NCBI GenBank assembly: GCA_044450645.1
Contig: JBIOJG010000022.1
Location: forward strand, 15,205-79,204
Direction of reading: 5' to 3'
DNA length: 64,000 nt
Source: Candidatus Binatia bacterium
GTDB lineage: Bacteria > Desulfobacterota > Binatia > HRBIN30
The notes beneath the pieces are model-generated. The model made no database searches. It was not told where the DNA came from and worked only from the letters and a program-made list of their open reading frames with translations. Below are positions 9,737 through 20,601 of this stretch, piece by piece (position 1 is the first letter of the stretch; each line of letters opens with the position of its first letter). A program made the position numbers and the translations under genes.

Positions 9737-12178
9737 CTAAGAGTTGGTGCAGAACGTATTCGTCCCGGTCACGATGGCCCCCGTGTCATCGAGCCGCTGC
9801 ACGCGAACGGTGACGGGCTGCGCGCATGTGGTCCCGGGGGGCATGCGCACCACGATCTCGGCCGGCGTCACCGCTTGCACCGGGAGGTCCACCCATTGCC
9901 CCGGAGCCGCTTCGTACTGGACGCAAGTGCCGGCGATGGGATTACACACGTTGCTCTGCTGCACGGTGGCCGTGCAATCGCCGGCCGGTGGATAGCCGTC
10001 GATCGCATTGAAGCCGCTGCCCGTGATGCGCACGAGGTCTCCGGCTTTCGCCTTGCTGGGCACGAAGCTCTGGATCACAACCGCCAGAGTGTTCCCGTCC
10101 GCCCGGAACGGCTGGGGCGGGGTGACACTCACAGGCCCATTGACGTCGAGGCTGATGTTCCCGTCGCAGGTGGCCGCCGGATTCGCCGGGTCGGCGTAGC
10201 AGTGCTGCCACTGGTTGCCCAGCGCCGAAACGTTGGTTTGCGTGGTACTGGAGTTGTCGAAATTATGTCCGCCGAGAGCGGCGTTCGTGGCGTTCTGCGT
10301 AAACGCGTTGTTCCCGCCGTCAGGGCTAGCCTGGCCGAAGTCGCCGGTTGATTGGTTCGCGATCGTGGCCCCGTTACGGCCGTTGTAGACGCTGGCGGTT
10401 CCTCTGACGATGGCGGAGGCTGGGCTGGTCGTGCTGTTGAAGATGGCGATCCCGTTCTGGCCGTTCGCAGCATTGTTGGTCGCGCCGCAGGTGAAGTCGT
10501 TGGTGATTGCGGCCGTGGACAACTCCTGCACCGAGATCCCGCGCGAGCTGTTGTTGCGGAAGATGTTGCCGCTAGTCTGCAGCACCGACGGGTCGGTTGT
10601 GGTCGCGTAGGCGCCATTAGCAGCAATGCCGTTGGCGTCGGTGAACACCTGGGCCGTGGCGTTGTATCCGTTGAACTCGATGACGTTGCGATCCGCCTCG
10701 ACGTTGCCGCTCATTGTAGCCTGAATGCCACCGCCGATGTTGTGGTGCACCCAGCTGTCCTGCACGGTGAGGTGGGCCAACGTCGTGACCTTCGCACCCT
10801 TATCGGGACATGCGGTCAGCTCGGTGTTCTGAACCACATTGGCGCTGGCCCAGTCGAGGCCGGCTCCGCCGAAACCTTCGACGCAGTCGTGCGCGGCCGA
10901 CTTGGTCGTCAGACCGCTGCCGCCACCATCAACCTTGCAGTTGGCAACGACGTTCTGCTGTGTCTGGCCACTCGTTCCGTCGAAGCGGATGATATCACCC
11001 GGCGTCGCGCCATCCGCGAGCAGCGGCCGTTGGAGAAACAACCCGGCCAGACGCGCGCCCTGATTGGAGAAGATGAACGTCGCCCCGCTGCTGGGCAGGA
11101 GCACGATCCGATTGTATGGATCACCGGGGAAGGTCGGGTCGCCATTGGGGTCCGTCCCGTCGATCGTCATCTGGCTGCCGGCGATCGGTAACCGGGTCGA
11201 CTGGGCCAACTGAATCGTCGTCGGCGTGCCGGCGGGAAACACCGTCGAATCAAACTGGATCAAGAGCGGAGCGGCGGCGGTGGCGCCAGCCGACATCGCC
11301 TTCCGCAGTGTGCAGGTGCGGGTGCCAGGTGCGCTCGGGCATTGCGGCGTGGGATTCGCGGTGACGTCATCGATGCGGTCGACGCTGAGAACGGTCGAGA
11401 AGACGACCCAAGAGATGGTGTTCGGGATTCCGTTCGGATCCGCGGCGACCACGATACTCTTGGCGAACTGGTTCTGAGCCCCGACGTTGATCTGGTGCGT
11501 CCAGACGCCGGAACTGAGTCCGGATGCGGTGAAGCAGTCGGTAGTGCCCACTTCGCAGGTGGCGGTTGCGGTATAGCTGGTCGCGCCTCCCGTACACGAG
11601 GCGGTCAGCAAACTACCCGCAAGGGTGACGGCTTGGGGCACCCCGGTCGGATTATTCACACGAACCGTCAGACTCGCCCCGCTCAGCGGACACACTGGAA
11701 ACGGCGTCGCGGTGGCTGTCGGTGTGGATGTCGGTGTCGAGGTATCGGTTGGTGTCGATGTCGGCGTCGGAGTATCGGTCGGTGTCAGGGTGGCCGTCGG
11801 TGTGGCGGTGGTGGTTGGCGTACTGGTTGACGTGGCCGTGGCACTCGCGGTGGGTGTCGCTGTCGGGCTCCTGGTCGGCGTCACCGTCGGCGAGGCCGTA
11901 CTCGTGCCAGTCGACGTGCGCGTCGGAGTCGAGGTCATCGATCGTGTGGGAGTGACCGTAGGTGTCCGTGTTCTGGTCGGCGTCTTTGTGCGGGTCGGCG
12001 TTCTTGTGTTGGTCGCCGTTCTTGTGTTGGTCGGTGTTCTTGTGCTGGTCGGCGTGCGGGTGGGCGTGCGCGTTGGGGTCGCAGTGGCCGACGCCAGCGG
12101 TGGTGTCACCATCGACAGCGCGAGAACAACGGCGACGAACCCGAACCACGACGCATATGGTGGCGAAGCGGATGCCAT
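9737..12178 (-). CDS. Large secreted/anchored protein with an N-terminal signal/TM segment, a ~128-aa Thr/Pro-rich linker, a right-handed beta-helix region and a C-terminal IPT/TIG-like domain
   Basis: Hydrophobic N-terminus [24 protein letters not shown], then [19 protein letters not shown]... linker. Asn/Gly-rich parallel beta-helix-like repeats and a C-terminal [18 protein letters not shown]. Start at the internal Met (12178) with the signal-like segment. Confidence 0.6.
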   Translation of the reverse strand: MASASPPYASWFGFVAVVLALSMVTPPLASATATPTRTPTRTPTSTRTPTNTRTATNTRTPTRTKTPTRTRTPTVTPTRSMTSTPTRTSTGTSTASPTVTPTRSPTATPTASATATSTSTPTTTATPTATLTPTDTPTPTSTPTDTSTPTSTPTATATPFPVCPLSGASLTVRVNNPTGVPQAVTLAGSLLTASCTGGATSYTATATCEVGTTDCFTASGLSSGVWTHQINVGAQNQFAKSIVVAADPNGIPNTISWVVFSTVLSVDRIDDVTANPTPQCPSAPGTRTCTLRKAMSAGATAAAPLLIQFDSTVFPAGTPTTIQLAQSTRLPIAGSQMTIDGTDPNGDPTFPGDPYNRIVLLPSSGATFIFSNQGARLAGLFLQRPLLADGATPGDIIRFDGTSGQTQQNVVANCKVDGGGSGLTTKSAAHDCVEGFGGAGLDWASANVVQNTELTACPDKGAKVTTLAHLTVQDSWVHHNIGGGIQATMSGNVEADRNVIEFNGYNATAQVFTDANGIAANGAYATTTDPSVLQTSGNIFRNNSSRGISVQELSTAAITNDFTCGATNNAANGQNGIAIFNSTTSPASAIVRGTASVYNGRNGATIANQSTGDFGQASPDGGNNAFTQNATNAALGGHNFDNSSTTQTNVSALGNQWQHCYADPANPAATCDGNISLDVNGPVSVTPPQPFRADGNTLAVVIQSFVPSKAKAGDLVRITGSGFNAIDGYPPAGDCTATVQQSNVCNPIAGTCVQYEAAPGQWVDLPVQAVTPAEIVVRMPPGTTCAQPVTVRVQRLDDTGAIVTGTNTFCTNS
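11698..12082 (-). repeat. Tandem degenerate ~18-nt DNA repeats encoding the Thr/Pro linker of the protein above
   Basis: Plus-strand iterations of gttcttgtgttggtcggc-type units (for example 12000-12060). Low-complexity coding repeat, not a CRISPR array. Confidence 0.6.
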
Positions 12179-12460
12179 CGTCGCTTGGGCACACCTAGGC
12201 GCGCCTGTCGGCCCGCAAACCTGACCGAAGAACTTGTACCGAGTTGCCGCTTTCATGTGGCGCCTTGCTGCGGAAAGCAAGGCGTGTGCCGACCGCTGAA
12301 CGTCGGCCTATGAAGCGGTGTCGCTCGGTCACCGGCTTTTGGGTGTCAGCGCGGGAGGCGGATAGCAGGAATGTTGACGTCCCATCTGAGTCCTTGCCGG
12401 GCCACCTACGATCAGGCTGCCGACACGATCCTTGACAGCCCGCGTGCCCGAGCGAAATAA

Positions 12461-14698
12461 ATGCGCATGGCTGTCGAGAGCGTTCATCGTTCGTGCCCGA
12501 TTTGCGAGGCGAGCTGCGGGATCGTCGTTGACGTCGATCGCGCGACCAACAGGATCGTAACCATCCGTGGGGATGCAGATGATCCGCGCAGCCGCGGGTA
12601 TCTGTGTCCCAAAGCCTTCGCGCCGCAGGCCGTGTACGAGGATCCCGACCGCATTCGCCGGCCGCTGCGGCGCACCGGTCAGGCCTTCGAGGAGATCGGT
12701 TGGGATGAGGCGTTCGAGTACGTCGGATCACGCTTGAAGGCAATCCGTACCGCACACGGGCCGGACGCCATCGCCACGTACATCGGCAATCCCACCGGCC
12801 ACAATTTCGGCGCCATGCTGTGGTCCGCCATGTTCATCGGGGCCCTGGGCTCGCAACGCATTTTCTCCGGCGCAACGGTGGACCAGTTTCCCAAGAACCT
12901 CACCTGCCGGATCCTCTACGGCGACGCCTGGCTCTTCCCCATCCCCGACCTCGACCGCACGGACTTCTTCCTCTGCCTCGGCGGCAACCCTCTCGTCTCA
13001 CAGGGCAGCCTGATGTCGGCGCCGAACATGGAGGCCCGCTTGCGCGCGCTGCATGCGCGCGGCGGGCGCAGCGTTGTCGTCGATCCGCGGCGCACCGAGA
13101 CAGCGGCACGCGCCAGCCGGCACCTGTTCATCAGGCCGGGAACCGACGCGTTCCTCCTCTTTGCCATGGTGCATGTGCTGTTCGAAGAAGAGCTGGTGCG
13201 TCCGGGCCGGCTGGCCGACTTTACCGACGGGATTGACGACGTCAGGAAACTCGCGCATGGCTTCCCGCCCGAAGCCGTCGCTGCGGTCACGGGCATCGAC
13301 GCCGCGACCATCCGGCAGTTGACCCGCGACTTCGCCGCCGCCGAACGCGCTGTGTGCTACGGGCGTCTGGGCACCTGCACGGTCGCATTCGGGACGCTCG
13401 CCAGCTGGCTGGTTGACGTCGTGAACCTCCTCACCGGCAACCTCGATCGTCCCGGTGGCTTCATGTTTCCGCGGCCTGCAACCGGGCAGGCTGAGCCGGT
13501 CGACCAGGACACCGGGCCGATTCCCTACGCGCGCTTTCGTTCGCGCGTGCGCGGTTTTCCGGAATTCGACGGACAGCTCCCTGTCGCCGTCATGGCCGAG
13601 GAGATCGACTCGGCCGGCGATGAACGCATTCGCGCCATGGTGACCGTCGTCGGCAACCCGGTCCTCTCCACGCCGAACGGCGAGCGCCTCTCGCGCGCGC
13701 TAGCGAGCCTCGACTTCATGGTCTCGATCGATATCTACCTCAACGAAACGACGCGGCACGCCGACCTTATCCTGCCGACGACAACCGCTTTTGAGGAAAC
13801 CAACTTCGACTTCCTGTTCCAATCCACCTCCATCCGCAACATGGTCCGTTACTCGCCGCGTGTCTTCACGCCACCGCCCGACGCGAAACCGCACTGGACC
13901 GTCATGATGGAGATCGCCGCCCGACTCAACGACACCACCGTCGACGCGTACGACGACTTCATGTTCGAGGGCATGCTGGCAGCGTTAATGGGTGCGCCTG
14001 GCACCCGCTGCCCGCGCGTGAACCCGGAGGTGGCGCGGGCCAAGCTCGGGACCAGACGCGGACCGGAACGCTTGCTCGACACACTGCTTCGTACCGGCCC
14101 GTATGGCGACGGCTTCGACGATGATGCCGAAGGCCTGTCGTTGGCGAAGATTCGCCAGGTTCCTCACGCCGTCGACCTCGGTCCGCTGCAGCCGCGGCTG
14201 CCCGACATCTTGAGAACTCCGGGGCGTCGCATCTCGCTGGTTCACGAGCTGCTGGTGCGCGACGTCGAACGGCTTCGACGCGCTCTGACGGAGCGCAGCA
14301 CGCATCAGGGCCTCCTGCTGATCGGCCGCAGACAGCTGCGCAACATGAACTCGTGGCTGCACAATGTCGAGGTGCTTGCCAAGGGGCGGAACCGCTGCAC
14401 CTTGCTGGTGCATCCGGACGACGCGCAGCGAATCGGCCTGCGCACCGGTGGGCGTGCGCGGGTACGCTCGCGCGCCGGCGAGGTGTCCACCGAGGTCGAG
14501 ATCAGTGATGAGATGATGCCCGGCGTCGTCTCCCTGCCCCACGGCTTCGGCCACACCGCGCCCGGAACGCGGCTCTCGGTCGCCACGCAGCAGCAGCCGG
14601 GGGTGAACGCCAACCAGCTTGCGGACGAGTATCTCCTCGATGAGCCTTCCGGCACCAGCGTGGTGAACGGAATACCCGTGGAGGTATTCGCGGCGTAG
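12461..14698 (+). CDS. Molybdopterin-dependent oxidoreductase (MopB superfamily, formate-dehydrogenase/BisC-like), cytoplasmic
   Basis: N-terminal Fe-S motif CPICEASCGIVVDV...GDADDPRSRGYLCPKA and MGD-binding regions. No signal peptide. Confidence 0.75.
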   Translation: MRMAVESVHRSCPICEASCGIVVDVDRATNRIVTIRGDADDPRSRGYLCPKAFAPQAVYEDPDRIRRPLRRTGQAFEEIGWDEAFEYVGSRLKAIRTAHGPDAIATYIGNPTGHNFGAMLWSAMFIGALGSQRIFSGATVDQFPKNLTCRILYGDAWLFPIPDLDRTDFFLCLGGNPLVSQGSLMSAPNMEARLRALHARGGRSVVVDPRRTETAARASRHLFIRPGTDAFLLFAMVHVLFEEELVRPGRLADFTDGIDDVRKLAHGFPPEAVAAVTGIDAATIRQLTRDFAAAERAVCYGRLGTCTVAFGTLASWLVDVVNLLTGNLDRPGGFMFPRPATGQAEPVDQDTGPIPYARFRSRVRGFPEFDGQLPVAVMAEEIDSAGDERIRAMVTVVGNPVLSTPNGERLSRALASLDFMVSIDIYLNETTRHADLILPTTTAFEETNFDFLFQSTSIRNMVRYSPRVFTPPPDAKPHWTVMMEIAARLNDTTVDAYDDFMFEGMLAALMGAPGTRCPRVNPEVARAKLGTRRGPERLLDTLLRTGPYGDGFDDDAEGLSLAKIRQVPHAVDLGPLQPRLPDILRTPGRRISLVHELLVRDVERLRRALTERSTHQGLLLIGRRQLRNMNSWLHNVEVLAKGRNRCTLLVHPDDAQRIGLRTGGRARVRSRAGEVSTEVEISDEMMPGVVSLPHGFGHTAPGTRLSVATQQQPGVNANQLADEYLLDEPSGTSVVNGIPVEVFAA

Positions 14699-14831
14699 AG
14701 TTGACATCGGTCACCTTTGACATTGAGCACCGCCATGCATATGGATTCTACCAACCGGTAGGAAGGGAGTGCGCTAACGCTGCCTATTCGATCACCGCCG
14801 GTGTCAGGCACCTGAAGCACACGGAGGACGC

Positions 14832-16172
14832 ATGAACTCTTCGACGGATCACAGTGACAAGTCATTCTGGCTCGCGACTTACGGGCCTTACACGCCCAAT
14901 CCGCCGGTGCAGGGCGATATCAGTGTCGATGTCGCCATCATCGGCGGCGGCTTCACTGGGCTGTCCACGGCCTACAACCTGCGCCGGGACGATTCCGGCG
15001 TGAAGGTTGCCGTGTTGGAGTCCGAGGTCATCGGCTACGGAGCCAGCGGTCGCAACGGCGGCTTCTCGATGACGCTGTTCGGCCTGGAGCCTGCCATCAC
15101 CAAGCTGTTTTTCGGACAGCAACGCACGGTTGAGGCGCAAAGGTACATGGAGCGCGCCGTCGACTACGTCGATGCGCTCATCAAAGAGCACAACATACAG
15201 TCCGACTACTGGTTTCCCGGCTTCCTGCGCGTCGCCACCACGCCCGGCTACGCCAAACGCATCCAGCATGACCTGCAGATCCTCAGCGACATGGGCATCG
15301 GCGGTGTCACCTGGATCGATGCCGATCAAGTACGCGCCGAGGTGAACTCCCCCCTGTTTCTGGGCGCCTGGTGGGAGCCACGGTCCGGGCTGCTCAATCC
15401 CGCCAAACAAGTGCGCGAGCTGAAGCGCGTAGCGCAGCAGTTCGGCGCGGTGGTGTACGAGCGCACGCCGGTCACTGAAATCCAACGCGGTCCCCGCTTC
15501 AAGCTGCGCACGCCCGGTGGCGTGGTGACGGCCGACAAGATCGTTCTGGCCACGAACGCGTACTCGCACCTCATCCCGGATTTGCGTTCCAAACAGTCAC
15601 CAGCGTTCACGCACATGGTCGTCACCGAACCGCTGACGGCGCAGCAGCTCGGTACGATCGGCTGGAGAAACCGGCAGGGAATCGAAGACGCCCGCAACCT
15701 CGTGCACTACTTCCGTCTGACCATCGACAACCGTCTGGCCATGGGCGGCAGCGACGTGAGTTTGTCCTATGGGCGCGACCTCGACCGCGATCTGAACGCG
15801 CGCGTTTTCGCCGACCTCGAGCATGACGTGGTGCGCCTGTTTCCCGGCCTCACGGGGGTGCGCTTCACGCATCGCTGGGGCGGGCCAGTATCGGTTCCGA
15901 CGCAGATGGTACCCGACATCGGCCAACTGGGAGATGCGCGTGCCCTCTACAGCCTCGGCTGCATGGGACACGGCGTCTCACTGACTCATCTCAACGGACG
16001 GACACTGGCGGACCTGCTGTGCGGGCGCAAGACCGACCTCACCAGCGTGTGGTTCGTCAACCGCCGCACCATCCCGTGGCCGCCTGAGCCGCTGCGATTT
16101 GTGCTGGGTCAGGCCGTGCGCGGGTACCTCCGTCTCGAAGACCGGATCTACGAACGCCACATGCCGGAGTGA
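14832..16172 (+). CDS. FAD-dependent oxidoreductase (DAO family; PuuB/sarcosine-oxidase-like)
   Basis: Dinucleotide-binding VDVAIIGGGFTGLSTA and DAO-family C-terminus. Confidence 0.75.
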   Translation: MNSSTDHSDKSFWLATYGPYTPNPPVQGDISVDVAIIGGGFTGLSTAYNLRRDDSGVKVAVLESEVIGYGASGRNGGFSMTLFGLEPAITKLFFGQQRTVEAQRYMERAVDYVDALIKEHNIQSDYWFPGFLRVATTPGYAKRIQHDLQILSDMGIGGVTWIDADQVRAEVNSPLFLGAWWEPRSGLLNPAKQVRELKRVAQQFGAVVYERTPVTEIQRGPRFKLRTPGGVVTADKIVLATNAYSHLIPDLRSKQSPAFTHMVVTEPLTAQQLGTIGWRNRQGIEDARNLVHYFRLTIDNRLAMGGSDVSLSYGRDLDRDLNARVFADLEHDVVRLFPGLTGVRFTHRWGGPVSVPTQMVPDIGQLGDARALYSLGCMGHGVSLTHLNGRTLADLLCGRKTDLTSVWFVNRRTIPWPPEPLRFVLGQAVRGYLRLEDRIYERHMPE

Positions 16173-16187
16173 ATTGAGGAAACCGTC

Positions 16188-17381
16188 ATGCAGGTCACAA
16201 TCGACTACCGCAAGCGCATTGAAAACGTCCAGGCGCTGCTGCAGCAACGCGGGATCGATGCGCTCTTCGGAACGCGCCTGAAGACCGTCACCCATGTCTC
16301 CGGTGCCTTCTGCCCGTGGCGTAGCGCCACCGTAATCCCGGCCAAGGGCGCACCGCAGGTCATCACGCTCATGATGGACGCGGCGCGCATCGCCGACGAC
16401 AGTTGGTTGGACAACGTTGTCGCGTACGGTCCGTTCCCCGGACAGGGGTTGGTCGACATGGCGGCGAGCTACGTTCGCGCACTCGGCTTGCACAAGGGCT
16501 CCATCGCAATCGAAAGCGGGACCTCCAGTTATCTCCCCGACGGCTACATCACGCACGATGAGTACGAGCGTCTGGCCCGGGCGCTGCCGCACGCCACCAT
16601 CGTCAACGCGGTGGACATCATCGACCGGGTCACGCTGATCAAGCAAGACGCCGAAGTAAAGCTGCTGCGTCAGGCAGCGGCGATCTGCGACGGCGCCATC
16701 GAAGCCGTCCGCCATGAGCTTCGGGTCGGCATCTCGGAACAGTATATCGCCGGCATCGCCGAGCGCGCGGCACGCGAGGCTGGCAGCGAGTTCGCCTGGA
16801 CCTTCACCGGCGGGATGGAAATCGCTTCGGGCTACCGGACCGCCTACGCCATGGGTGGGTGCACGCCGGCCACCGGTAAGTTGGTGCAGTGTCATGAAGC
16901 CGTGATTCTCGACATCCACGCCATGTACGGCCTCATGCTCGGCGACGTGGCGCACAACGCTATCATGGGCAAACCGACCGCGGCACAACGCGACCTCGCG
17001 GGCGCGTACGTCGAGTCATGCAACAAGCTGGTCGAACTGATGCAGCCCGGCAAGCGCCTGGGCGAAGTAGCGATGCAGATGGGGGAGTTCGTTGCCGAAA
17101 AAGGATGGGCAGACGTCGTTCTGCCCGGCTACGGCCACGGCATCGGCCACTTCGGACACGAGTGGTTCCCATGCGTGGTCACCAGCGATGACCCTCTGGC
17201 GACGGACCCCGACTTCGAGCTACAGCCGAATTACATTCAAGAGATCGCCATCGTCTGTAACCGCCCGGGAGTGGCCGGTTTTAGGCTGGAACGGCCACTG
17301 CTGATCACGCCGAGCGGCAACGAGTTGCTTTCCGGCCTGCCCTTTGCGCCGTGGATCATCAATGAAGGCTGCATCTGCTGA
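16188..17381 (+). CDS. M24 family metallopeptidase (creatinase/Xaa-Pro dipeptidase-like)
   Basis: Creatinase-type N-terminal domain (YRKRIENVQALLQQRGIDAL) and pita-bread C-terminal domain with His/Asp/Glu metal ligands. Confidence 0.7.
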   Translation: MQVTIDYRKRIENVQALLQQRGIDALFGTRLKTVTHVSGAFCPWRSATVIPAKGAPQVITLMMDAARIADDSWLDNVVAYGPFPGQGLVDMAASYVRALGLHKGSIAIESGTSSYLPDGYITHDEYERLARALPHATIVNAVDIIDRVTLIKQDAEVKLLRQAAAICDGAIEAVRHELRVGISEQYIAGIAERAAREAGSEFAWTFTGGMEIASGYRTAYAMGGCTPATGKLVQCHEAVILDIHAMYGLMLGDVAHNAIMGKPTAAQRDLAGAYVESCNKLVELMQPGKRLGEVAMQMGEFVAEKGWADVVLPGYGHGIGHFGHEWFPCVVTSDDPLATDPDFELQPNYIQEIAIVCNRPGVAGFRLERPLLITPSGNELLSGLPFAPWIINEGCIC

Positions 17382-18591
17382 CGGACGCTTCTGAGTTGCC
17401 AGCAGTCGGGGCAGCGGCTTGCGGGCGGGTCTCGGGAAAGACGAATTCCTGCACCAACACGTTGTCCAACGCCATCGCAACCATCGCCGGGATGTCCAGG
17501 AGGCGTTCGGATTCGTGAATCTCTGCGACAGTGGTTCGCGTGGCGGGATGCCGTGGCACAAAGAGCAGGCAACAATCCTGATCCGGCTGGATCGAAATCT
17601 CGAACGAACCAATCCGCTGCGCTTGCGCAGTGATCTCCGCCTTGTCCATACCAATCAACGGCCGGAGCACGGACAACGAGGTCGCTTCCTCAGTCACCGT
17701 CAAGTTCGGCAAGGTTTGCGAGGCCACCTGGCCCAAGCTCTCGCCCGTGACCAGTGCGGCGGCGCCGATCGATTTGGCCACTGCCTCCGCAATACGCATC
17801 ATCATGCGGCGGTAGAGCACCACCCGATGGGGGCGGGAGACTTGGCTCACGATCTGCCGTTGAATCTCGCCGAAAGGCACCAGGTGTAAGCGTGACTCGA
17901 ACTGATACGGCGTCAGCACGTGCACCAGCTCCGCGACCTTGTCGCGACTGCTCCGGTCCTGGTAGGGGGCGCCGTGGAAGTGAATGAACGCCACTTGGCA
18001 GCCGCGTCGCAGCATGCGCCAGGCGGCGACGGGTGAGTCGATGCCGCCGGAAATCAACGCCAACACCGTGCCACTCGCGCCAACGGGCAAGCCGCCGGGG
18101 CCCGGCAGCCGTTCCAGCGCTACGAACGCCTCGCGCGGCAGCACCTCGACGTTGATCGTCAGTTCCGGGTGTTTCAGATCGACGGCAGCGTTGCTGCGCT
18201 CCACTACCGCGCTGCCGACAACGCGGCCGATCTCCGGCGACGGCAGGTGAAAGCTCTTGTCGGCACGTTTGGCTCGTACGGCAAAACTGGCGAAGTGCCG
18301 CCCGTCGATGGCCTCGAGCGCCCTGGCGGTGATCGCGTCGATGTCACGCTCGGCGCGCCACGATAGCGAATAGTTTGCAATCCCGAATATCCGTTGAAGG
18401 CGACGGCTGATTTCCGGCCAGTCCGCCTGTGGTGTGAGATTGATCACAATACGTCCGGGCACGGAACGCACGCGCTTCACGCCGGTGCCCCGTAGCGCTC
18501 TGCCAATGTTGTCAACCAGCCGACTGACAAACGCCGGCCGGTTGCCGCGCTTCAACGCGATCTCGTGGTAATGCACGACCACTCGATTCAT
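17359..18591 (-). CDS. thiI: tRNA 4-thiouridine(8) synthase / tRNA sulfurtransferase ThiI
   Basis: THUMP N-terminus and PP-loop SGGIDSPVAAW. Its 3' end overlaps the convergent M24 gene by 23 nt. Confidence 0.8.
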   Translation of the reverse strand: MNRVVVHYHEIALKRGNRPAFVSRLVDNIGRALRGTGVKRVRSVPGRIVINLTPQADWPEISRRLQRIFGIANYSLSWRAERDIDAITARALEAIDGRHFASFAVRAKRADKSFHLPSPEIGRVVGSAVVERSNAAVDLKHPELTINVEVLPREAFVALERLPGPGGLPVGASGTVLALISGGIDSPVAAWRMLRRGCQVAFIHFHGAPYQDRSSRDKVAELVHVLTPYQFESRLHLVPFGEIQRQIVSQVSRPHRVVLYRRMMMRIAEAVAKSIGAAALVTGESLGQVASQTLPNLTVTEEATSLSVLRPLIGMDKAEITAQAQRIGSFEISIQPDQDCCLLFVPRHPATRTTVAEIHESERLLDIPAMVAMALDNVLVQEFVFPETRPQAAAPTAGNSEASVSRCSLH

Positions 18592-18609
18592 GTGTGCTCG
18601 ATACTTCCT

Positions 18610-19074
18610 TTACTTGGCTGGCGCGCCCTGCCCGGCAGGCGGCAAGTACTCCATCACGATCTGACCCTTGTTGTCCACAAACGGCGAGCGGGTAATGACC
18701 ACGCTCAGCCCCTTGATCTGTGCCGGCCCTTTGGAAGTGAAGTCGAAGGTGTACGTGACAAAGGGACTGTTTTCACCGGCAACCTGCGCCGGCACGCCGA
18801 ATTGTTTTTCGAAATGCCCCGCGGCTGCCTTCAACTGGTCGAGAGCCATGATGAAGATCGCGATCCGCTTGTTGCCGCCGCGCTCGAGCTGGATGGCATC
18901 GACGCTGAGCTTGCGGTTCAGCGCCGCCCCTGGAAACGGGGTGATATGCAGCGCAGCGGGATCGAAGATCCGCGCCAGCCACTGCGCCGGTGACTCCTGG
19001 GCTGCAACAACCGTCGCCAGCAAGAGAAACGTGAGCGCTGGCAAGAGGGAAGGCGTGAGGACGCGACGAGGCAT
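18610..19074 (-). CDS. Hypothetical secreted protein (signal peptide)
   Basis: N-terminal MPRRVLTPSLLPALTFLLLATVVAAQE signal. No recognised catalytic motifs. Confidence 0.4.
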   Translation of the reverse strand: MPRRVLTPSLLPALTFLLLATVVAAQESPAQWLARIFDPAALHITPFPGAALNRKLSVDAIQLERGGNKRIAIFIMALDQLKAAAGHFEKQFGVPAQVAGENSPFVTYTFDFTSKGPAQIKGLSVVITRSPFVDNKGQIVMEYLPPAGQGAPAK

Positions 19075-19077
19075 GGT

Positions 19078-19461
19078 TCAGGGCCTCTGGATCAGCTCGA
19101 TGCGGTAGCCGTTGGGGTCTTCGATGAAGGCGATCTCGGTACCGCCGTGCTTCATCGGACCGGGCTCCCGCACGATCTTGACGCCTTTGGCGCGCAGCTC
19201 ATCGCAGGTCTTGTAGATGTCGGGCCCACCGATGGCGAGATGCCCGAATCCGTCCCCGACATCGTAGTGATGCGTGTCCCAATTGTAGGTGAGTTCGATC
19301 ACGGAACTAGTGGTCTCATCGCCGTAGCCGACAAACGCCAGGGTGAATCGGCCGCCCGGGTAGTCCTGCTGGCGCAGGAGTTTCATCCCGAGCCGCTCGC
19401 AATAAAACCGCAGTGATTCATCGAGATCGTTGACGCGAAGCATCGTGTGCAACAGCCGCAT
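19078..19461 (-). CDS. gloA: Lactoylglutathione lyase (glyoxalase I)
   Basis: MRLLHTMLRVNDLDESLRFYCERLGMKLL...GFGHLAI matches the GloA pattern. Start at the internal ATG (19461) with an AAGGGAGAG RBS. Confidence 0.8.
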   Translation of the reverse strand: MRLLHTMLRVNDLDESLRFYCERLGMKLLRQQDYPGGRFTLAFVGYGDETTSSVIELTYNWDTHHYDVGDGFGHLAIGGPDIYKTCDELRAKGVKIVREPGPMKHGGTEIAFIEDPNGYRIELIQRP

Positions 19462-19550
19462 GCGCTCTCCCTTCTGACGAACAAAATAGTATAGCGAGAA
19501 GCCGTGAAAACGGACAGCCCGCTTGGCTACGGCCATCAACTCACTGACAG

Positions 19551-20519
19551 TCAAAACCGGTCGGCGATCCAGTAGACCGATTGTTCCGGTGGCAACAGGC
19601 GAAAGAGGATGTCCTCCGCCGCAAGGTCTGCCGGCTGCATACCCAACTTTGCCGCCACCCGTTCAGGTGAGATGATCTGCCACATCCAGAAGACGTCCTC
19701 GACGGTGCGAACCGCCAGCCCGCGCTCCTGCAACTGCTGTTGGACGGTTGGCGCGATGGCAAGCTGCGTGATCGTCCCCGGTAGCGTCCGGGCCTTGGTG
19801 CCGTGAAGCCAACACACCAGCTGCGTGAGCGCATCTTCGTGACCGGGCAAGCAGGCATGCTCGATGATCTGATAGAAGTCGTAGAGTAGCGTGCCGCGCA
19901 CATAGGCGACGATCCGACCATTTGCCCGCGCCACGAGGAAGTCCTCGTCGGGGTTACCCGCAAGCCGCAGCTGCCCGTGCCAATAGGCGGCATCGCGCAC
20001 GGTAGGCCCGCTGAGCGCGGCGCTGGAGGTGTCGTAGATGTCCATCACCGTTCCGAGGTCGGATGGGGTGAACGGTGTGATGGTGTAGGGCCCCGACCCT
20101 TCGACGTCCGCCGGATCGATGAACAATAGATGGCGCACGTGGCTGCTCCAGCCGTGTCGGCTGTAGAAGAGCAAGCGCACGGCAAAGAGCAGTGACAAGT
20201 CGAAGCCGTGCTCATCCATGGCCTTGATCGCACGGCCGAGGAGCTCCGACGCCAGGCCACGCTCCCGGTACGGTTCTGCGGTGAAGACGTTGCCGACACC
20301 GCCGACTTCCAGCACCTCGCCGCAGATGCGGACGCGCCGGCGGAACACCTGCAAGGTGCTAACGATGCGCCCTTCGTCTACGGCGACAAAGCACAGATCA
20401 TCCCGGAAGCCATGATCGTAGCGAAAATAGCGGGCGAAGAACTCCCGATCCCCGAACCACTGCTTCAGGAGATCGAGCACGGCATCGCGTTCGTGCGGCA
20501 GGATAGTGCGGAATTCCAT
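19551..20519 (-). CDS. GNAT family N-acetyltransferase (Eis-like multi-domain architecture)
   Basis: GNAT motif region (VGGVGNVFTAEPYRERGLASELLGRAIKAM). At 322 aa the length fits a GNAT plus a C-terminal SCP2-like extension. Confidence 0.55.
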   Translation of the reverse strand: MEFRTILPHERDAVLDLLKQWFGDREFFARYFRYDHGFRDDLCFVAVDEGRIVSTLQVFRRRVRICGEVLEVGGVGNVFTAEPYRERGLASELLGRAIKAMDEHGFDLSLLFAVRLLFYSRHGWSSHVRHLLFIDPADVEGSGPYTITPFTPSDLGTVMDIYDTSSAALSGPTVRDAAYWHGQLRLAGNPDEDFLVARANGRIVAYVRGTLLYDFYQIIEHACLPGHEDALTQLVCWLHGTKARTLPGTITQLAIAPTVQQQLQERGLAVRTVEDVFWMWQIISPERVAAKLGMQPADLAAEDILFRLLPPEQSVYWIADRF

Positions 20520-20601
20520 TAGCGCGATCCGTGCTCGGGAACCGTGCTCGTAACATCGAATATGCTGACCGATTCACACACCCGAATCACGATGAACGAC
20601 C

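Noticed and set aside
11698-12082. CRISPR array
   Set aside because: The repeats are short, degenerate and contiguous with no spacers. They encode the Thr/Pro linker of a protein and there are no cas genes.
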